Counted from the first letter of the stretch, positions 19,223-27,698 are shown. The stretch: DNA of 64,000 nt from an uncultured Anaerolineaceae bacterium (GCA_964475245.1 CAYYVV010000002.1:39993-103992); one strand, 5' to 3'. The notes: a model not told the origin generated them from the sequence alone. Numbers and translations are program-made.

Positions 19223-19825
19223 CTAGCTGCTCAGGTCGTAGGCGCGCTTCAGCCAGCCAACGACGGTGTCATCGATGTCCGCAACTGATACCAGGCCGAT
19301 CTTGTGCGTGACGGAGCTCTGGCCGAAGCTGACCGCGCGCTCGAGCTTGCCCTCGGGCTGCTGGTTGGCGGCCAGTCGGAGGCCCAGATCGGCGCGCTTC
19401 CTGGTGGTCGGCTGCAGCGCGCCAAAGGTTCGCCGCGGCGTCAGAAAGGCGACGTAGGTCTTGCGCGCCTGCACCTCGACCTCGCCCAGCTCAGGCAGCA
19501 CAGCAAGCAGCGCGTCGAGGATGGGCCGCAGGCCGGGTCGATCCGCGTACTGGCCATCGATCAGCTCGTCGGCCGTCGCGTTCAGGTAGTCCGGGTAGCC
19601 GAAGCGCTCCATGACCAGCAGCATCTGCGGATAGCCGCTCACGCCCTGCTGGTTGAGCCACGCGCGCAGGCTCGTTTCGTCGCCGAATTCCTGCCCGAGG
19701 ATGCGCGCGTTCCACGCCTCGAGGCCCTCGCCGGTGCGCTCGACGAGCCAGCGGATCTCCTGCTCGCGCATCTCCTGCCACGAACGCGGCCGGCGGTATT
19801 CAGCTGTGTCGGCCTTGTCCGTCAC
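19223..19825 (-). CDS. DUF4287/DUF5655-like protein
   Basis: WLVERTGEGLEAWNARI...SLRAWLNQQGVSGYPQMLLVMERFGYPDY followed by ...VEVQARKTYVAFLTPRRTFGALQP resembles the DUF4287 plus DUF5655 architecture as I recall it. The track ORF was trimmed to GTG 19825, which forms a GTGA overlap with the sulfurtransferase stop. Confidence 0.6.
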   Translation of the reverse strand: MTDKADTAEYRRPRSWQEMREQEIRWLVERTGEGLEAWNARILGQEFGDETSLRAWLNQQGVSGYPQMLLVMERFGYPDYLNATADELIDGQYADRPGLRPILDALLAVLPELGEVEVQARKTYVAFLTPRRTFGALQPTTRKRADLGLRLAANQQPEGKLERAVSFGQSSVTHKIGLVSVADIDDTVVGWLKRAYDLSS

Positions 19826-20664
19826 GGGTTCTCTCCACTGACGACGGGCATCCCAGAGCGGCTCCAGTCGCTGAACGAGCCGACGTAGAGCAAGGGGTCC
19901 TGCATGCCGGCAACGCGCATCGCCAGGGCGCTGTGGCACGCCGTCGTGCCGCTGCCGCACGAGACGACCGTGTCTTTGCCGACAGCCAGCAGCGGCGCGT
20001 AGAGCGCCTCGAGCGACGCGGCGTCGCGCAGCGAGCCGTCCGGGCCGAGGTTCGCAGTGGCGGGCACGTTGAGCGCACCCGGGATGTGCCCGGCGAGCGG
20101 GTCGATCGGCTCGATCTCGCCCCGGTAGCGTTCCGGCGCGCGAGCATCGAGCAGCACGAGCTTCGCGCCTCCGTCAGCGACCTGCTCGCGCGCGATCACG
20201 TGCTGCCACTGGTCGGCGAGCCGGATTTCGGCCGCCGCCAGCGGCCGTTGGCTCGTCGTCAGCTCGTAGCCGGCGGCCGTCCACGCCTGTATGCCGCCGT
20301 CGAGCACAACGCATCCCCCGCTATGGCCGAGGTTGTCGAGCATCCACCACAGGCGCGCGGCGATCATCCCGCCGGCGTCGTCGTAGGCGACGATGAAATC
20401 GTCGGAGGCGAAGCCCAGAGCGCCCATCCGATGCGCGAACTCCGCCGGCGAGGGGAGGGGATGTCTGCCCGGCGCGCCGAAGCCAGCGTGATCGGACATG
20501 TCCGTGTCCAGGTCAACGAAGGTCGCCCCCGGTATGTGGCCTTCGTCGAACGCGCCCCGGCCGGCGCCAGGTCTGTTGAGGTACCAGCGCACGTCAGCGG
20601 CGCGCAGGTGCGCGTCGCTGAGCCGAGCATGAAGTTCTTCAGCGCTGATCAGCGGTCGTGGCAC
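19822..20664 (-). CDS. rhodanese-domain sulfurtransferase (thiosulfate/3-mercaptopyruvate type)
   Basis: Two rhodanese-like halves with the active-site loop VVSCGSGTTACHSALAM. The N-terminal half carries HIPGATFVDLD. Confidence 0.88.
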   Translation of the reverse strand: MPRPLISAEELHARLSDAHLRAADVRWYLNRPGAGRGAFDEGHIPGATFVDLDTDMSDHAGFGAPGRHPLPSPAEFAHRMGALGFASDDFIVAYDDAGGMIAARLWWMLDNLGHSGGCVVLDGGIQAWTAAGYELTTSQRPLAAAEIRLADQWQHVIAREQVADGGAKLVLLDARAPERYRGEIEPIDPLAGHIPGALNVPATANLGPDGSLRDAASLEALYAPLLAVGKDTVVSCGSGTTACHSALAMRVAGMQDPLLYVGSFSDWSRSGMPVVSGENP

Positions 20665-20675
20665 TGCGGATCGGC

Positions 20676-21290
20676 TCAGTGTGAGCGGTAGTCCCAGGTC
20701 CGCTTGCGATCCTGCGCCTGCCAGTCCTCGCGCAGGATCGACATGAGCACGACGTCCTGGTATTTACCCTCGCTGTAGTGCGCGTGGCGCTGGGTGCCTT
20801 CAGCCGTGAAGCCGGCCTTCTCGTACGAGCGACGGGCACGCTTGTTGAAGTCGTAGACATCGAGCCAGATGCGCTCGAGGCGAAGCTCGCCAAAGCCGAA
20901 GTCGAGCAGCGCGCGCATCCCGTCCGTGCCGTAGCCCTTGCCCCACATCGATTTCTCGCCGATGGCGATGCCCACCCCGGCCGATCCGTTGTCACGATCG
21001 ATGCGCATCAGCGTGATCGTTCCAAAGGGTGCCCCGTCATCCAGGCGGCACATCACGAAGCCGTAGGCGTCCTTGCCCTGCGCCTCGAGCATGCGCGTGA
21101 ACCAGAGCTCCTCGCTGGCCTCGCTGAACGGCGCGCGGTTGCCGAGCAGCGAGGACATGTCGGCATCTGCGAACCAGCGCACGAACGTGGGCAGGTCGCT
21201 CCGCTCCGCCGGGCGCAGGAAGACGCGGTCGCCGCGCAGTAGCGGCGTAGCTGTAGGGCCGGCTGGCTCCGGGGCGTTGTCGTCGTCCAT
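20676..21290 (-). CDS. GNAT family N-acetyltransferase (RimJ/RimL-like)
   Basis: The VFLRPAERSDLPTFVRW... N-terminal pattern and the acetyl-CoA site WGKGYGTDGMRALLDFGF...NKRARRSYEKAGF. Confidence 0.85.
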   Translation of the reverse strand: MDDDNAPEPAGPTATPLLRGDRVFLRPAERSDLPTFVRWFADADMSSLLGNRAPFSEASEELWFTRMLEAQGKDAYGFVMCRLDDGAPFGTITLMRIDRDNGSAGVGIAIGEKSMWGKGYGTDGMRALLDFGFGELRLERIWLDVYDFNKRARRSYEKAGFTAEGTQRHAHYSEGKYQDVVLMSILREDWQAQDRKRTWDYRSH

Positions 21291-21370
21291 TGACCGACAG
21301 TATCCACGCTCGCGCCATTCGAGCGCAGTGGACGCGTTGGGCGTCCTAGCTGATCACGTCGGCCCCGTGC

Positions 21371-21547
21371 CTACCACGGATAGAGGCCGGCTCCCGGATC
21401 GCTGGTGAGGTTGTACGTATTCGGCGCGCCCGGTCCGTTGAAGATCAACGTCAGGGCCAGCGCGACGACGACGACCACCAGCGCGAGCACGAACAGTTCC
21501 AACCAGACCTCGCGCGAGCGCTCGATCGAGTGCTGGACCATAGCCAT
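21371..21547 (-). CDS. small single-TM membrane protein (58 aa)
   Basis: MAMVQHSIERSREVWLELFVLALVVVVVALALTLIFNGPG... GGAGG lies 7 nt upstream of ATG 21547. The track ORF was trimmed from 21613. Confidence 0.5.
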   Translation of the reverse strand: MAMVQHSIERSREVWLELFVLALVVVVVALALTLIFNGPGAPNTYNLTSDPGAGLYPW

Positions 21548-21719
21548 CGAAGTGCCTCCTTCGAGGGCTGCCCGTGGAGCATCGTCGCCACCGCGGCGTT
21601 GCGGGCGACCCAAGGGCGCGCGCCGTGGCTTGCCTCCCGGTGTGATGCCTTGTGCGCCACTTTGATCGGAGGCGTGAACCGGTTCAAGTGCCGTTGGTCA
21701 CTGCCGGCTCGGTGGCACT

Positions 21720-21725
21720 TATAAT
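21720..21725 (+). promoter_or_regulatory. perfect TATAAT -10 box upstream of tRNA-Asn
   Basis: TATAAT lies about 42 nt upstream of the tRNA 5' end in an otherwise GC-rich context. No convincing -35 is present (GTCACT at 17-nt spacing). Confidence 0.35.
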
Positions 21726-21766
21726 CCAGCCGCTCCCCTGATCATTGGATCAGCGAGGACGTGCGC

Positions 21767-21841
21767 TCCGGCGTAGCTCAGTGGTAGAGCGGGCGGCTGT
21801 TAACCGCTTGGTCGTAGGTTCGAATCCTACCGCCGGAGCCA
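21767..21841 (+). tRNA. tRNA-Asn (anticodon GTT), CCA encoded
   Basis: Acceptor stem TCCGGCG / CGCCGGA, D-arm TAGCTCAGTGGTAGAGC, anticodon loop CTGTTAA, T-arm GGTTCGAATCC, discriminator G plus CCA. Confidence 0.95.
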
Positions 21842-21887
21842 ATTCGTCCGCCTCGCCCAGCATGCACACAGGGACTTCCCAGCCGCT

Positions 21888-22256
21888 GTGCCGATTATTC
21901 GCAGCATGCCACGCGACGGACGCCGGTCGACCGATCCAATGCGCCTGCGTGCTGACCTGCGCGAGCGGGCGCTCGATCGACTTTCTCGCCTGACCACCGC
22001 GACCGCGATCGCCGGAACCTTCGCAACCGTTGGTTTCGGCGGCCTGGCGGCGATCACCTACTCGGGTACGCCGGTAGGTAGCGATCCGGTGACGGTCGAC
22101 GACCAGACCACGGCACCGCAAGCCAACACCACGGATCCCTCGAACACCACGGGCTCACTGGCGACGCAGCAGCCCAGCACGCACCAATTCGTTCCCGCCC
22201 AGCCACCGACCGTCACGACGCGCCGCCGAACTCACGTCTCTTCGGGCGGATCCTGA
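21888..22256 (+). CDS. single-pass membrane protein with a Thr/Pro-rich low-complexity ectodomain (first gene of the redox operon)
   Basis: An Arg-rich N-terminus is followed by the TM segment TATAIAGTFATVGFGGLAAITY, then about 75 aa rich in T/P/Q/S, ending ...RRRTHVSSGGS. The stop overlaps the apbE ATG (TGATG). The start could also be the internal Met (MRLRADL...). Confidence 0.5.
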   Translation: MPIIRSMPRDGRRSTDPMRLRADLRERALDRLSRLTTATAIAGTFATVGFGGLAAITYSGTPVGSDPVTVDDQTTAPQANTTDPSNTTGSLATQQPSTHQFVPAQPPTVTTRRRTHVSSGGS

Positions 22257-23218
22257 TGGCAATGCGCGTCGAGCGCTGGCGCCAGATCGGCACGAGCGTC
22301 GACGTGGTCGTCAGCAACGGCACGCTGGAGAAGGCGGTTGAGGTTGTCCGATCGACGATCGACGCAGCCGATCGCGCATTCAGCCGGTTTCGCGACGACA
22401 GCGAGCTGAGCCTCGTCAATCGTTCGCCCGGCCGGCGGCTGCGCGTCAGCCCGTTGCTCGTGCAGGCGGTCGAGGTAGCTCTCAGCGCCGCAGCAACGAC
22501 GAGCGGCCTGGTCGATCCGGCGCTCGGCTCGGCGATCAAGCTCATCGGCTACGACCGCGACTTCGACGAGCTGCGCGGGCGCGACATCGCCACGGTCGAC
22601 ATGGCGCCCGGCGCCTGGCGGTTCGTCGCCGTCGAAGGATGGCGCGCGGTCGAGCTCGACCGCGCGCGTGGCACGCTGCGCGTCCCGGCCGGCGTCGAGC
22701 TCGATCTCGGATCGACGGGCAAGGCGCTCATCGTCGACCTCGCGACGCGCGCGGCGGCCGAGACGCTGACCGTCGGCGGGGGCGTGCTCGTATCGATCGG
22801 CGGCGACATGATGACCGCGGGCCGGCCGCCGCGCGGCGGCTGGATCGTCCAGCTGGCCGAGGACAGCAGCGCGCCGCTCGATCCAGCGACGCCCGTCGTC
22901 GCAGTCCATGACGGTGCGCTCGCCACTTCGAGCACGACCGTCCGCCGCTGGCTCGCGCGCGGCGAGCTCGTCCACCACCTGATCGACCCGCGCACAGGAC
23001 GGCCGGCCGAAGGGCCGTGGCGCACGGCGACGGTAGTGGCCGCGGACTGTGTCACGGCCAACACGGCGGCCACGGCCGCGATCATCCTGGGTGACGCTGC
23101 CGCCGCCTGGCTTGAGCAGCGTTCTCTGCCATCTCGACTCGTCGCCCACGACGGCTCTGTCAGCTACGTCGGTGGCTGGCCTGCGGATGCACGTGCAGTA
23201 ACCGCGTCCGCAGCATGA
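22256..23218 (+). CDS. apbE: FAD:protein FMN transferase (ApbE family), no signal peptide
   Basis: ApbE-like layout: IGTSVDVVV near the N-terminus, RFRDDSELSLVN, LDLGSTGKAL, SIGGDM and C-terminal TVVAADCVTANTAATAAIILG. The reading frame has a stop at 22079..22081. No ATG/GTG/TTG lies upstream of 22256, so no N-terminal export signal is possible in this frame. Confidence 0.85.
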   Translation: MAMRVERWRQIGTSVDVVVSNGTLEKAVEVVRSTIDAADRAFSRFRDDSELSLVNRSPGRRLRVSPLLVQAVEVALSAAATTSGLVDPALGSAIKLIGYDRDFDELRGRDIATVDMAPGAWRFVAVEGWRAVELDRARGTLRVPAGVELDLGSTGKALIVDLATRAAAETLTVGGGVLVSIGGDMMTAGRPPRGGWIVQLAEDSSAPLDPATPVVAVHDGALATSSTTVRRWLARGELVHHLIDPRTGRPAEGPWRTATVVAADCVTANTAATAAIILGDAAAAWLEQRSLPSRLVAHDGSVSYVGGWPADARAVTASAA

Positions 23219-23817
23219 GCGACCAGCTCCTGTGGTTCGCGAGCCGCGGCTCGGGGATCGTTTCGCTGCTCCTGCTCACGACCGTCACCGTGCTCGGCCT
23301 GACCAGCATGGTCCGCTGGCAACGGCCCACCTGGCCGCGCTTTCTGACCAACGATCTGCACGCCAACCTTGCCCTGCTCTCGGTCGTCTTCGTTGGCGTG
23401 CACGTCACGAGCGCGATCCTCGATCCGTTCACCAATCTCGGCATCTACGCGGCGACGATCCCGTTTGCGTCGAGCTACCGCCCGCTGTGGGTCGGGCTCG
23501 GCGTCATCTCCGTCTATCTGTTCGTTGCCCTGATCATCACCAGCCTCGTGCGCGAGCGCCTCGGCCAGCGCGCGTGGCGCCTCGTCCACTGGGTCGCGTA
23601 CGCCGGCTGGCCGCTCGCGGTCGTGCACAGCATGGGCTCGGGCAGCGATGCGTTCGCGCCGTGGATGATGGGCATCGAGGCGCTGTGCATCGGCGTCGTC
23701 GCGCTCGCGCTGATCTGGCGCGTCGCTGCGGGACGGACGAACCGGGAGCAGCTGCCCGCCGTCGTCGGCGCATCGCGCCGGGTCCACGCGCCATATGCCG
23801 ATGGTGATCACCGGTGA
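23215..23817 (+). CDS. ferric-reductase-like (MsrQ/YedZ-like) di-haem transmembrane protein
   Basis: Five to six TM segments. Two His pairs sit 13 to 14 residues apart in TM helices (HANLALLSVVFVGVH and HWVAYAGWPLAVVH), the classic bis-haem b ligand pattern. ATGA overlap with apbE. Confidence 0.75.
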   Translation: MSDQLLWFASRGSGIVSLLLLTTVTVLGLTSMVRWQRPTWPRFLTNDLHANLALLSVVFVGVHVTSAILDPFTNLGIYAATIPFASSYRPLWVGLGVISVYLFVALIITSLVRERLGQRAWRLVHWVAYAGWPLAVVHSMGSGSDAFAPWMMGIEALCIGVVALALIWRVAAGRTNREQLPAVVGASRRVHAPYADGDHR

Positions 23818-25040
23818 CCTTTGAAGCCCGCCTGCTCGCAGGCCCTGCCTTTGGCGCGGGCATGGAGCCCTACGCTGCACATCGGGCGCGCCTCGGGCAG
23901 CTACCGCCGCCACGGCCCGAGCTCATCGACACGCTCGTGGCGAGCGGCCTTCTCGGTCGCGGCGGCGCGGGCTTCCCGGTCGGGCGCAAATGGCAGGCGG
24001 TCGAGTCGCGCTCGCAGGCAGATGCGCGGATCCTCGTCAACGGCGCCGAGGCAGAGCCGCTGAGCGCCAAGGACCGAGCGCTGATGCACTCGCGGCCCCA
24101 TCTCGTGCTCGATGGTGCGCTGCTGGCCGCTGGCGTCCTCGGCGCGCGCGAGATAGTCCTGTACGTCGGCGCGAGGCACATCGACGCGCGGCGCTCGCTC
24201 CAGCGCGCGATCGCGGAGCGCGGTCGACTGCGCGTGCCTGTGCGCATCGTGCTCGCGCCCGACGCATACGTGGCGGGGGAGGAGTCGGCGGCAGTTCACT
24301 TCGTCAACGCTGGCGACGCGCGGCCCACGGTCACTCCGCCACGGCCGTTCGAGAGTGGCATCGACGGCTCGCCGACCCTCGTCCAGAACGTGGAGTCGCT
24401 CGTCCATGTCGCGCTGATCGCGCGCGGCGGCGACGCGTGGTATCGCTCGCTGGGGCGCGGAGAGACCCGCGGCACGGCCCTCGTGACCGTCAGTGGCGCC
24501 CCGTACGGCGGCGTGCGCGAGATCGAGCTCGGCACGCGCGTGGGCGAGGTCGCGGCCGTGAGTGGTGTCGCGCCGGGCAGTGCGCACGCGGTGCTGTTGG
24601 GCGGCTACTTCGGCCGCTGGCTGACCCGCGAGCAGGCCTGGGCCGTGCCGCTCGACCCGCAGGCCCTGCGTGCGGCGGGCGCGACCTTCGGCGCCGGTGT
24701 GATCAGCTTCCTGCCTGCTGACCAATGCGGAGTGGCGGCCACGGCGACCGTGCTCGAGTACATGGCCGCGCAGAGCGCCGCGCAATGCGGACCGTGCGTC
24801 TTCGGCCTGCGCTCAATCGCCGACACGACGATGGCCCTGGCGACCAACAGCGCGGTCGTCCATGACCTGGATCGGCTCGAGCGCTGGACGGGCCAGATCA
24901 ACGGCCGTGGCGCATGCCGCCATCCGGACGGCGCCGTGGCCATGCTCATGTCGGCCATGGCCGCGTTCGGGCCCGACTTCGCCAGCCATGCGCGAGGCCG
25001 CGGCTGCGAGGTCGCCGCCGCACTCAGGCCGGCGGCATGA
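23814..25040 (+). CDS. NuoF-like NAD(P)H-binding FMN / 4Fe-4S flavoprotein (stand-alone Complex I 51-kDa-type subunit)
   Basis: GLLGRGGAGFPVGRKW, NGAEAEPLSAKDRALM and a C-terminal Cys cluster SAAQCGPCVFG...GRGACRHPDG parallel NuoF motifs. GTGA overlap with the upstream gene. No nuoE-like partner is in the window. Confidence 0.8.
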   Translation: MTFEARLLAGPAFGAGMEPYAAHRARLGQLPPPRPELIDTLVASGLLGRGGAGFPVGRKWQAVESRSQADARILVNGAEAEPLSAKDRALMHSRPHLVLDGALLAAGVLGAREIVLYVGARHIDARRSLQRAIAERGRLRVPVRIVLAPDAYVAGEESAAVHFVNAGDARPTVTPPRPFESGIDGSPTLVQNVESLVHVALIARGGDAWYRSLGRGETRGTALVTVSGAPYGGVREIELGTRVGEVAAVSGVAPGSAHAVLLGGYFGRWLTREQAWAVPLDPQALRAAGATFGAGVISFLPADQCGVAATATVLEYMAAQSAAQCGPCVFGLRSIADTTMALATNSAVVHDLDRLERWTGQINGRGACRHPDGAVAMLMSAMAAFGPDFASHARGRGCEVAAALRPAA

Positions 25041-25261
25041 AACGGACAGTGGAGCGGACCGTTGGGCTGCTCGTGGTCGATCCGATCGTGTGCGACGGCC
25101 ACGGCCTGTGCGCCGAGCTGCTGCCTGAGCTGATCGAGATCGACGACTGGGGCTATCCGATCCTGCGCTCGGCCGCGGTGCCACGCGAGCTCGCGGCCTA
25201 CGCGCGTCGGGCGGTAGCCGCGTGCCCGGTACTCGCCCTGAAGCTGGCACCGACGGAATAG
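25037..25261 (+). CDS. small ferredoxin (74 aa)
   Basis: MKRTVERTVGLLVVDPIVCDGHGLCAELLPELIEIDDWGYP...AVAACPVLAL shows the single-cluster C..G.G.C....C-P pattern of small actinobacterial-type ferredoxins. ATGA overlap with the NuoF-like stop. The track ORF was trimmed from 24914. Confidence 0.75.
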   Translation: MKRTVERTVGLLVVDPIVCDGHGLCAELLPELIEIDDWGYPILRSAAVPRELAAYARRAVAACPVLALKLAPTE

Positions 25262-25322
25262 CTGCCGACTTCGAACCCGCTGCAACAAGCACCGTTGGAC
25301 TATGACACCACTGCCAGGGGTG

Positions 25323-25356
25323 CTGTTGCCAATCACGTACTGTTGCCAACCACGTA
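25323..25356. repeat. 17-bp tandem direct repeat in an intergenic region
   Basis: CTGTTGCCAATCACGTA (25323..25339) is followed immediately by CTGTTGCCAACCACGTA (25340..25356) with one mismatch, then a partial third unit (ACTG). Confidence 0.8.
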
Positions 25357-25488
25357 ACTGAAACATCGCGGGACGCCGTGATCGTGATCGAGCTGGTCGT
25401 GCTCGGGCTCGTGTGTCTGTTTCGTCCGGCGGCGACCGCCTGACGACTGATGCGATAATCGGCCTTCCGACGATGATGGAGGGCTGAA

Positions 25489-25854
25489 TTGACCGCGACG
25501 GGCCTCTCGGCGACCCCGCAGGAATATCGCGAACGGCTCGATGAGCAGCCCGATGAACGGGTCGACAGCTGGGCAGCCGAACTCATGCGCGACACGTCGA
25601 TCCGCATCGGCGTGCGCCAGGTGGTCTCTGAGCTGCGCCACTCCTTCGCCACGGACGATGCCGGGTTGCGCCGGATCTACACGGCCGGGGGAGGGCCGGC
25701 TGCCGCTATCGGCGCGACCGACAAAGGCGAGCTGATGGTCCCGGCGATCTCGCTCTACTACTTCGTCAGCGGCGCCCGTGTCGTTCTGGGCGACGCGCGC
25801 AGCCGGCTGATCGACTACCTGGTGTCGAATTTCAAAGAGATCGTCTACATCTAG
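25489..25854 (+). CDS. hypothetical protein (121 aa)
   Basis: TTG start preceded by GGAGGG. The composition is protein-like. It lies 20 nt upstream of the UbiA gene on the same strand. I recognise no family. Confidence 0.5.
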   Translation: MTATGLSATPQEYRERLDEQPDERVDSWAAELMRDTSIRIGVRQVVSELRHSFATDDAGLRRIYTAGGGPAAAIGATDKGELMVPAISLYYFVSGARVVLGDARSRLIDYLVSNFKEIVYI

Positions 25855-25874
25855 GCACGGATGCTCGTCTCCGG

Positions 25875-26696
25875 GTGAGCAGCCGGCTGCGCGCCCTGCG
25901 CGTCGTCCATCCCTTCCCCTCGTTGCTCAATACAGCGCTGGTCTTCGGGCTGGCCGAGATTGCCCACGCAACGGTTACGGCAGGGGCACTGCTGGCCGTG
26001 GGCATGCTCGGCCTGCAACTGTGCATCGGCGCTACGAACGATCTCGTGGACCAGCCGCTCGACGCGCGGACTAAGCCCTGGAAGCCGATCCCAGCCGGCC
26101 TGATCAGCGCCCAGAACACGCGCTATATCGCGGCATCGGCGGCAGTGATCGGTCTGGTGGCCGCGGCCACAACCGGCATCGTCCCCGCCGTGCTCTGGTG
26201 CGTCATGCTCGCGGCTGGCTTGCTCTATGACCTGCGCCTGAAGCCAACCCTATTCAGCTGGGCGTGTTATTCGGTCGCCTTCGCGGCATTGCCGCTCTAT
26301 GCCTGGTTCGGTGCCGCCGGAACACTTCCGCCGCAGGTCCAGCTGGTCGTTCCGCTCGCTGTTTTGGCCGGACCTGCGCTTCAGCTGTCCAATGGCCTGA
26401 CCGACATCGAGTCGGACCAGGGTGCGGGAACGTCGAGCCTCGCCATCCGCCTGGGCCGGCAGCGGGCGCTGGCTGTCATCGGGTTGCTGCTGGCCGTGAT
26501 CCATGGCCTTGCCTGGCTGACGCTGGCCGCATTCTCGGCGCAGGTCAGCCTGCTCCTTGTAGGCGGGTCATTAGCCGCCATTGCCGGGCTCACCTTGTCG
26601 GCGCGGTCGCTAGTGCGCGATCGTCAGGTCGGCTGGTCGCTCCAGGCCGTCTCGATCTGCCTCGTTGCGCTGGGCTGGCTGTCGTCCGTCGCGTAG
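25875..26696 (+). CDS. UbiA-family prenyltransferase (short, 273 aa)
   Basis: Polytopic membrane protein with the Asp-rich motif NDLVDQPLD after TM2 and a second acidic patch (LTDIESDQG). Confidence 0.8.
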   Translation: MSSRLRALRVVHPFPSLLNTALVFGLAEIAHATVTAGALLAVGMLGLQLCIGATNDLVDQPLDARTKPWKPIPAGLISAQNTRYIAASAAVIGLVAAATTGIVPAVLWCVMLAAGLLYDLRLKPTLFSWACYSVAFAALPLYAWFGAAGTLPPQVQLVVPLAVLAGPALQLSNGLTDIESDQGAGTSSLAIRLGRQRALAVIGLLLAVIHGLAWLTLAAFSAQVSLLLVGGSLAAIAGLTLSARSLVRDRQVGWSLQAVSICLVALGWLSSVA

Positions 26697-27698
26697 TCAG
26701 TGCTCGAGCGGCTTGCCGCTCCGGACGACAGTGATCGCGTTCTCCAGCCTGAGCTTTTGGATCGTAAGGTACTTCGCAAGATTGGCGCGATCGATGTCGC
26801 CGATCTCACCGAGCACAGGCGACCCGAGAATCTCCGCCAGTTGCTCAACCGCCTCGGTCAGGATCTGCTTGGCCACCACCAGCGCGTTGTCGCCCGTCGG
26901 CAGCGAGCGCGGCAGGCGAGGGGCGGTGATTTCGGCGTCCGCCTCGACATCGGCGCCAGACGGATCGTCGGTCGCATGGGCGGCCGAAGCAGGTGCGACG
27001 CGGCCCTCTATCCTCTCGCGCAGCTTGACCAGGCTCAGACTTCCGTTGGCGACCTGCTCCGCCAGCCGGCGGCGCTTCTTAGGATCGTCGACCTTGAGCA
27101 GCTCATAGGCGTGGGACAAGGTGTCTTTGCGCAAAGACACGAGCTGCTTGATCTCCGTCGGGGCGCCGGCGAGTCGCAAGCGGTTCTCGATGTAGCCCTT
27201 GTCCTTGCCCAGCTTCTGGGCGAGCTTGCGCACGCTGTAGCCGTGGTCCTGCGTCATGCGCTCGTAGATCATCGCCTCCTCGAGCGGCGACAGGTCCTCG
27301 CGCTGCAGGTTTTCGATGATCCCGATTTCGAGCGCCGTCTCGTCGTCAAGCTGCTCGATCAGCGCCGGGATCTCCTTGAGTCCCGCGGCACGCGCCGCGC
27401 GCCAGCGCCGCTCGCCCGCGACAAGCTGGAAGCGGTGCAGCTCGGCGGTGGGTCGGACGAGGATCGGCTGGAGGACGCCATGCTCGCGAATCGACGCGGC
27501 GAGGTCGGCGAGTGGCTGTTCCTCGAAGTTCATGCGCGGTTGTTCGGGGTTGGGCGAGATTCGATCGAGCGGGATATTCCGGATACCCGTTGGAACATCG
27601 GTCGCATCGGGCGTGATCAGGCTCAGGATCGCCGGCGAGAGGTCGCGTTCCTCTGCTAGCCGGCGGGCGGCGGTGCTGCGGAAATCTGGTCTAGCCAA
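26697..27698 (-). CDS. parB: ParB/Spo0J chromosome partitioning protein
   Basis: ParB box GERRWRAARAAGLKEIPALI, IENLQREDLSPLEEA and an HTH region. I prefer TTG 27698, which gives an 8-nt overlap with the parA stop, over the track start at 27758. Confidence 0.9.
   Translation of the reverse strand: MARPDFRSTAARRLAEERDLSPAILSLITPDATDVPTGIRNIPLDRISPNPEQPRMNFEEQPLADLAASIREHGVLQPILVRPTAELHRFQLVAGERRWRAARAAGLKEIPALIEQLDDETALEIGIIENLQREDLSPLEEAMIYERMTQDHGYSVRKLAQKLGKDKGYIENRLRLAGAPTEIKQLVSLRKDTLSHAYELLKVDDPKKRRRLAEQVANGSLSLVKLRERIEGRVAPASAAHATDDPSGADVEADAEITAPRLPRSLPTGDNALVVAKQILTEAVEQLAEILGSPVLGEIGDIDRANLAKYLTIQKLRLENAITVVRSGKPLEH
27121..27140. repeat. 20-bp perfect palindrome GTGTCTTTGCGCAAAGACAC inside parB (copy 1 of 2)
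   Basis: The sequence is self-complementary as read directly. It shares an identical 19-mer, GTGTCTTTGCGCAAAGACA, with 30168..30186. Confidence 0.9.

Noticed and set aside
25333-25641. 102-aa minus-strand ORF spanning the tandem repeat.
   Set aside because: It overlaps the 5' end of the better-supported plus-strand ORF 25489..25854 and runs through the non-coding repeats. It has no RBS.
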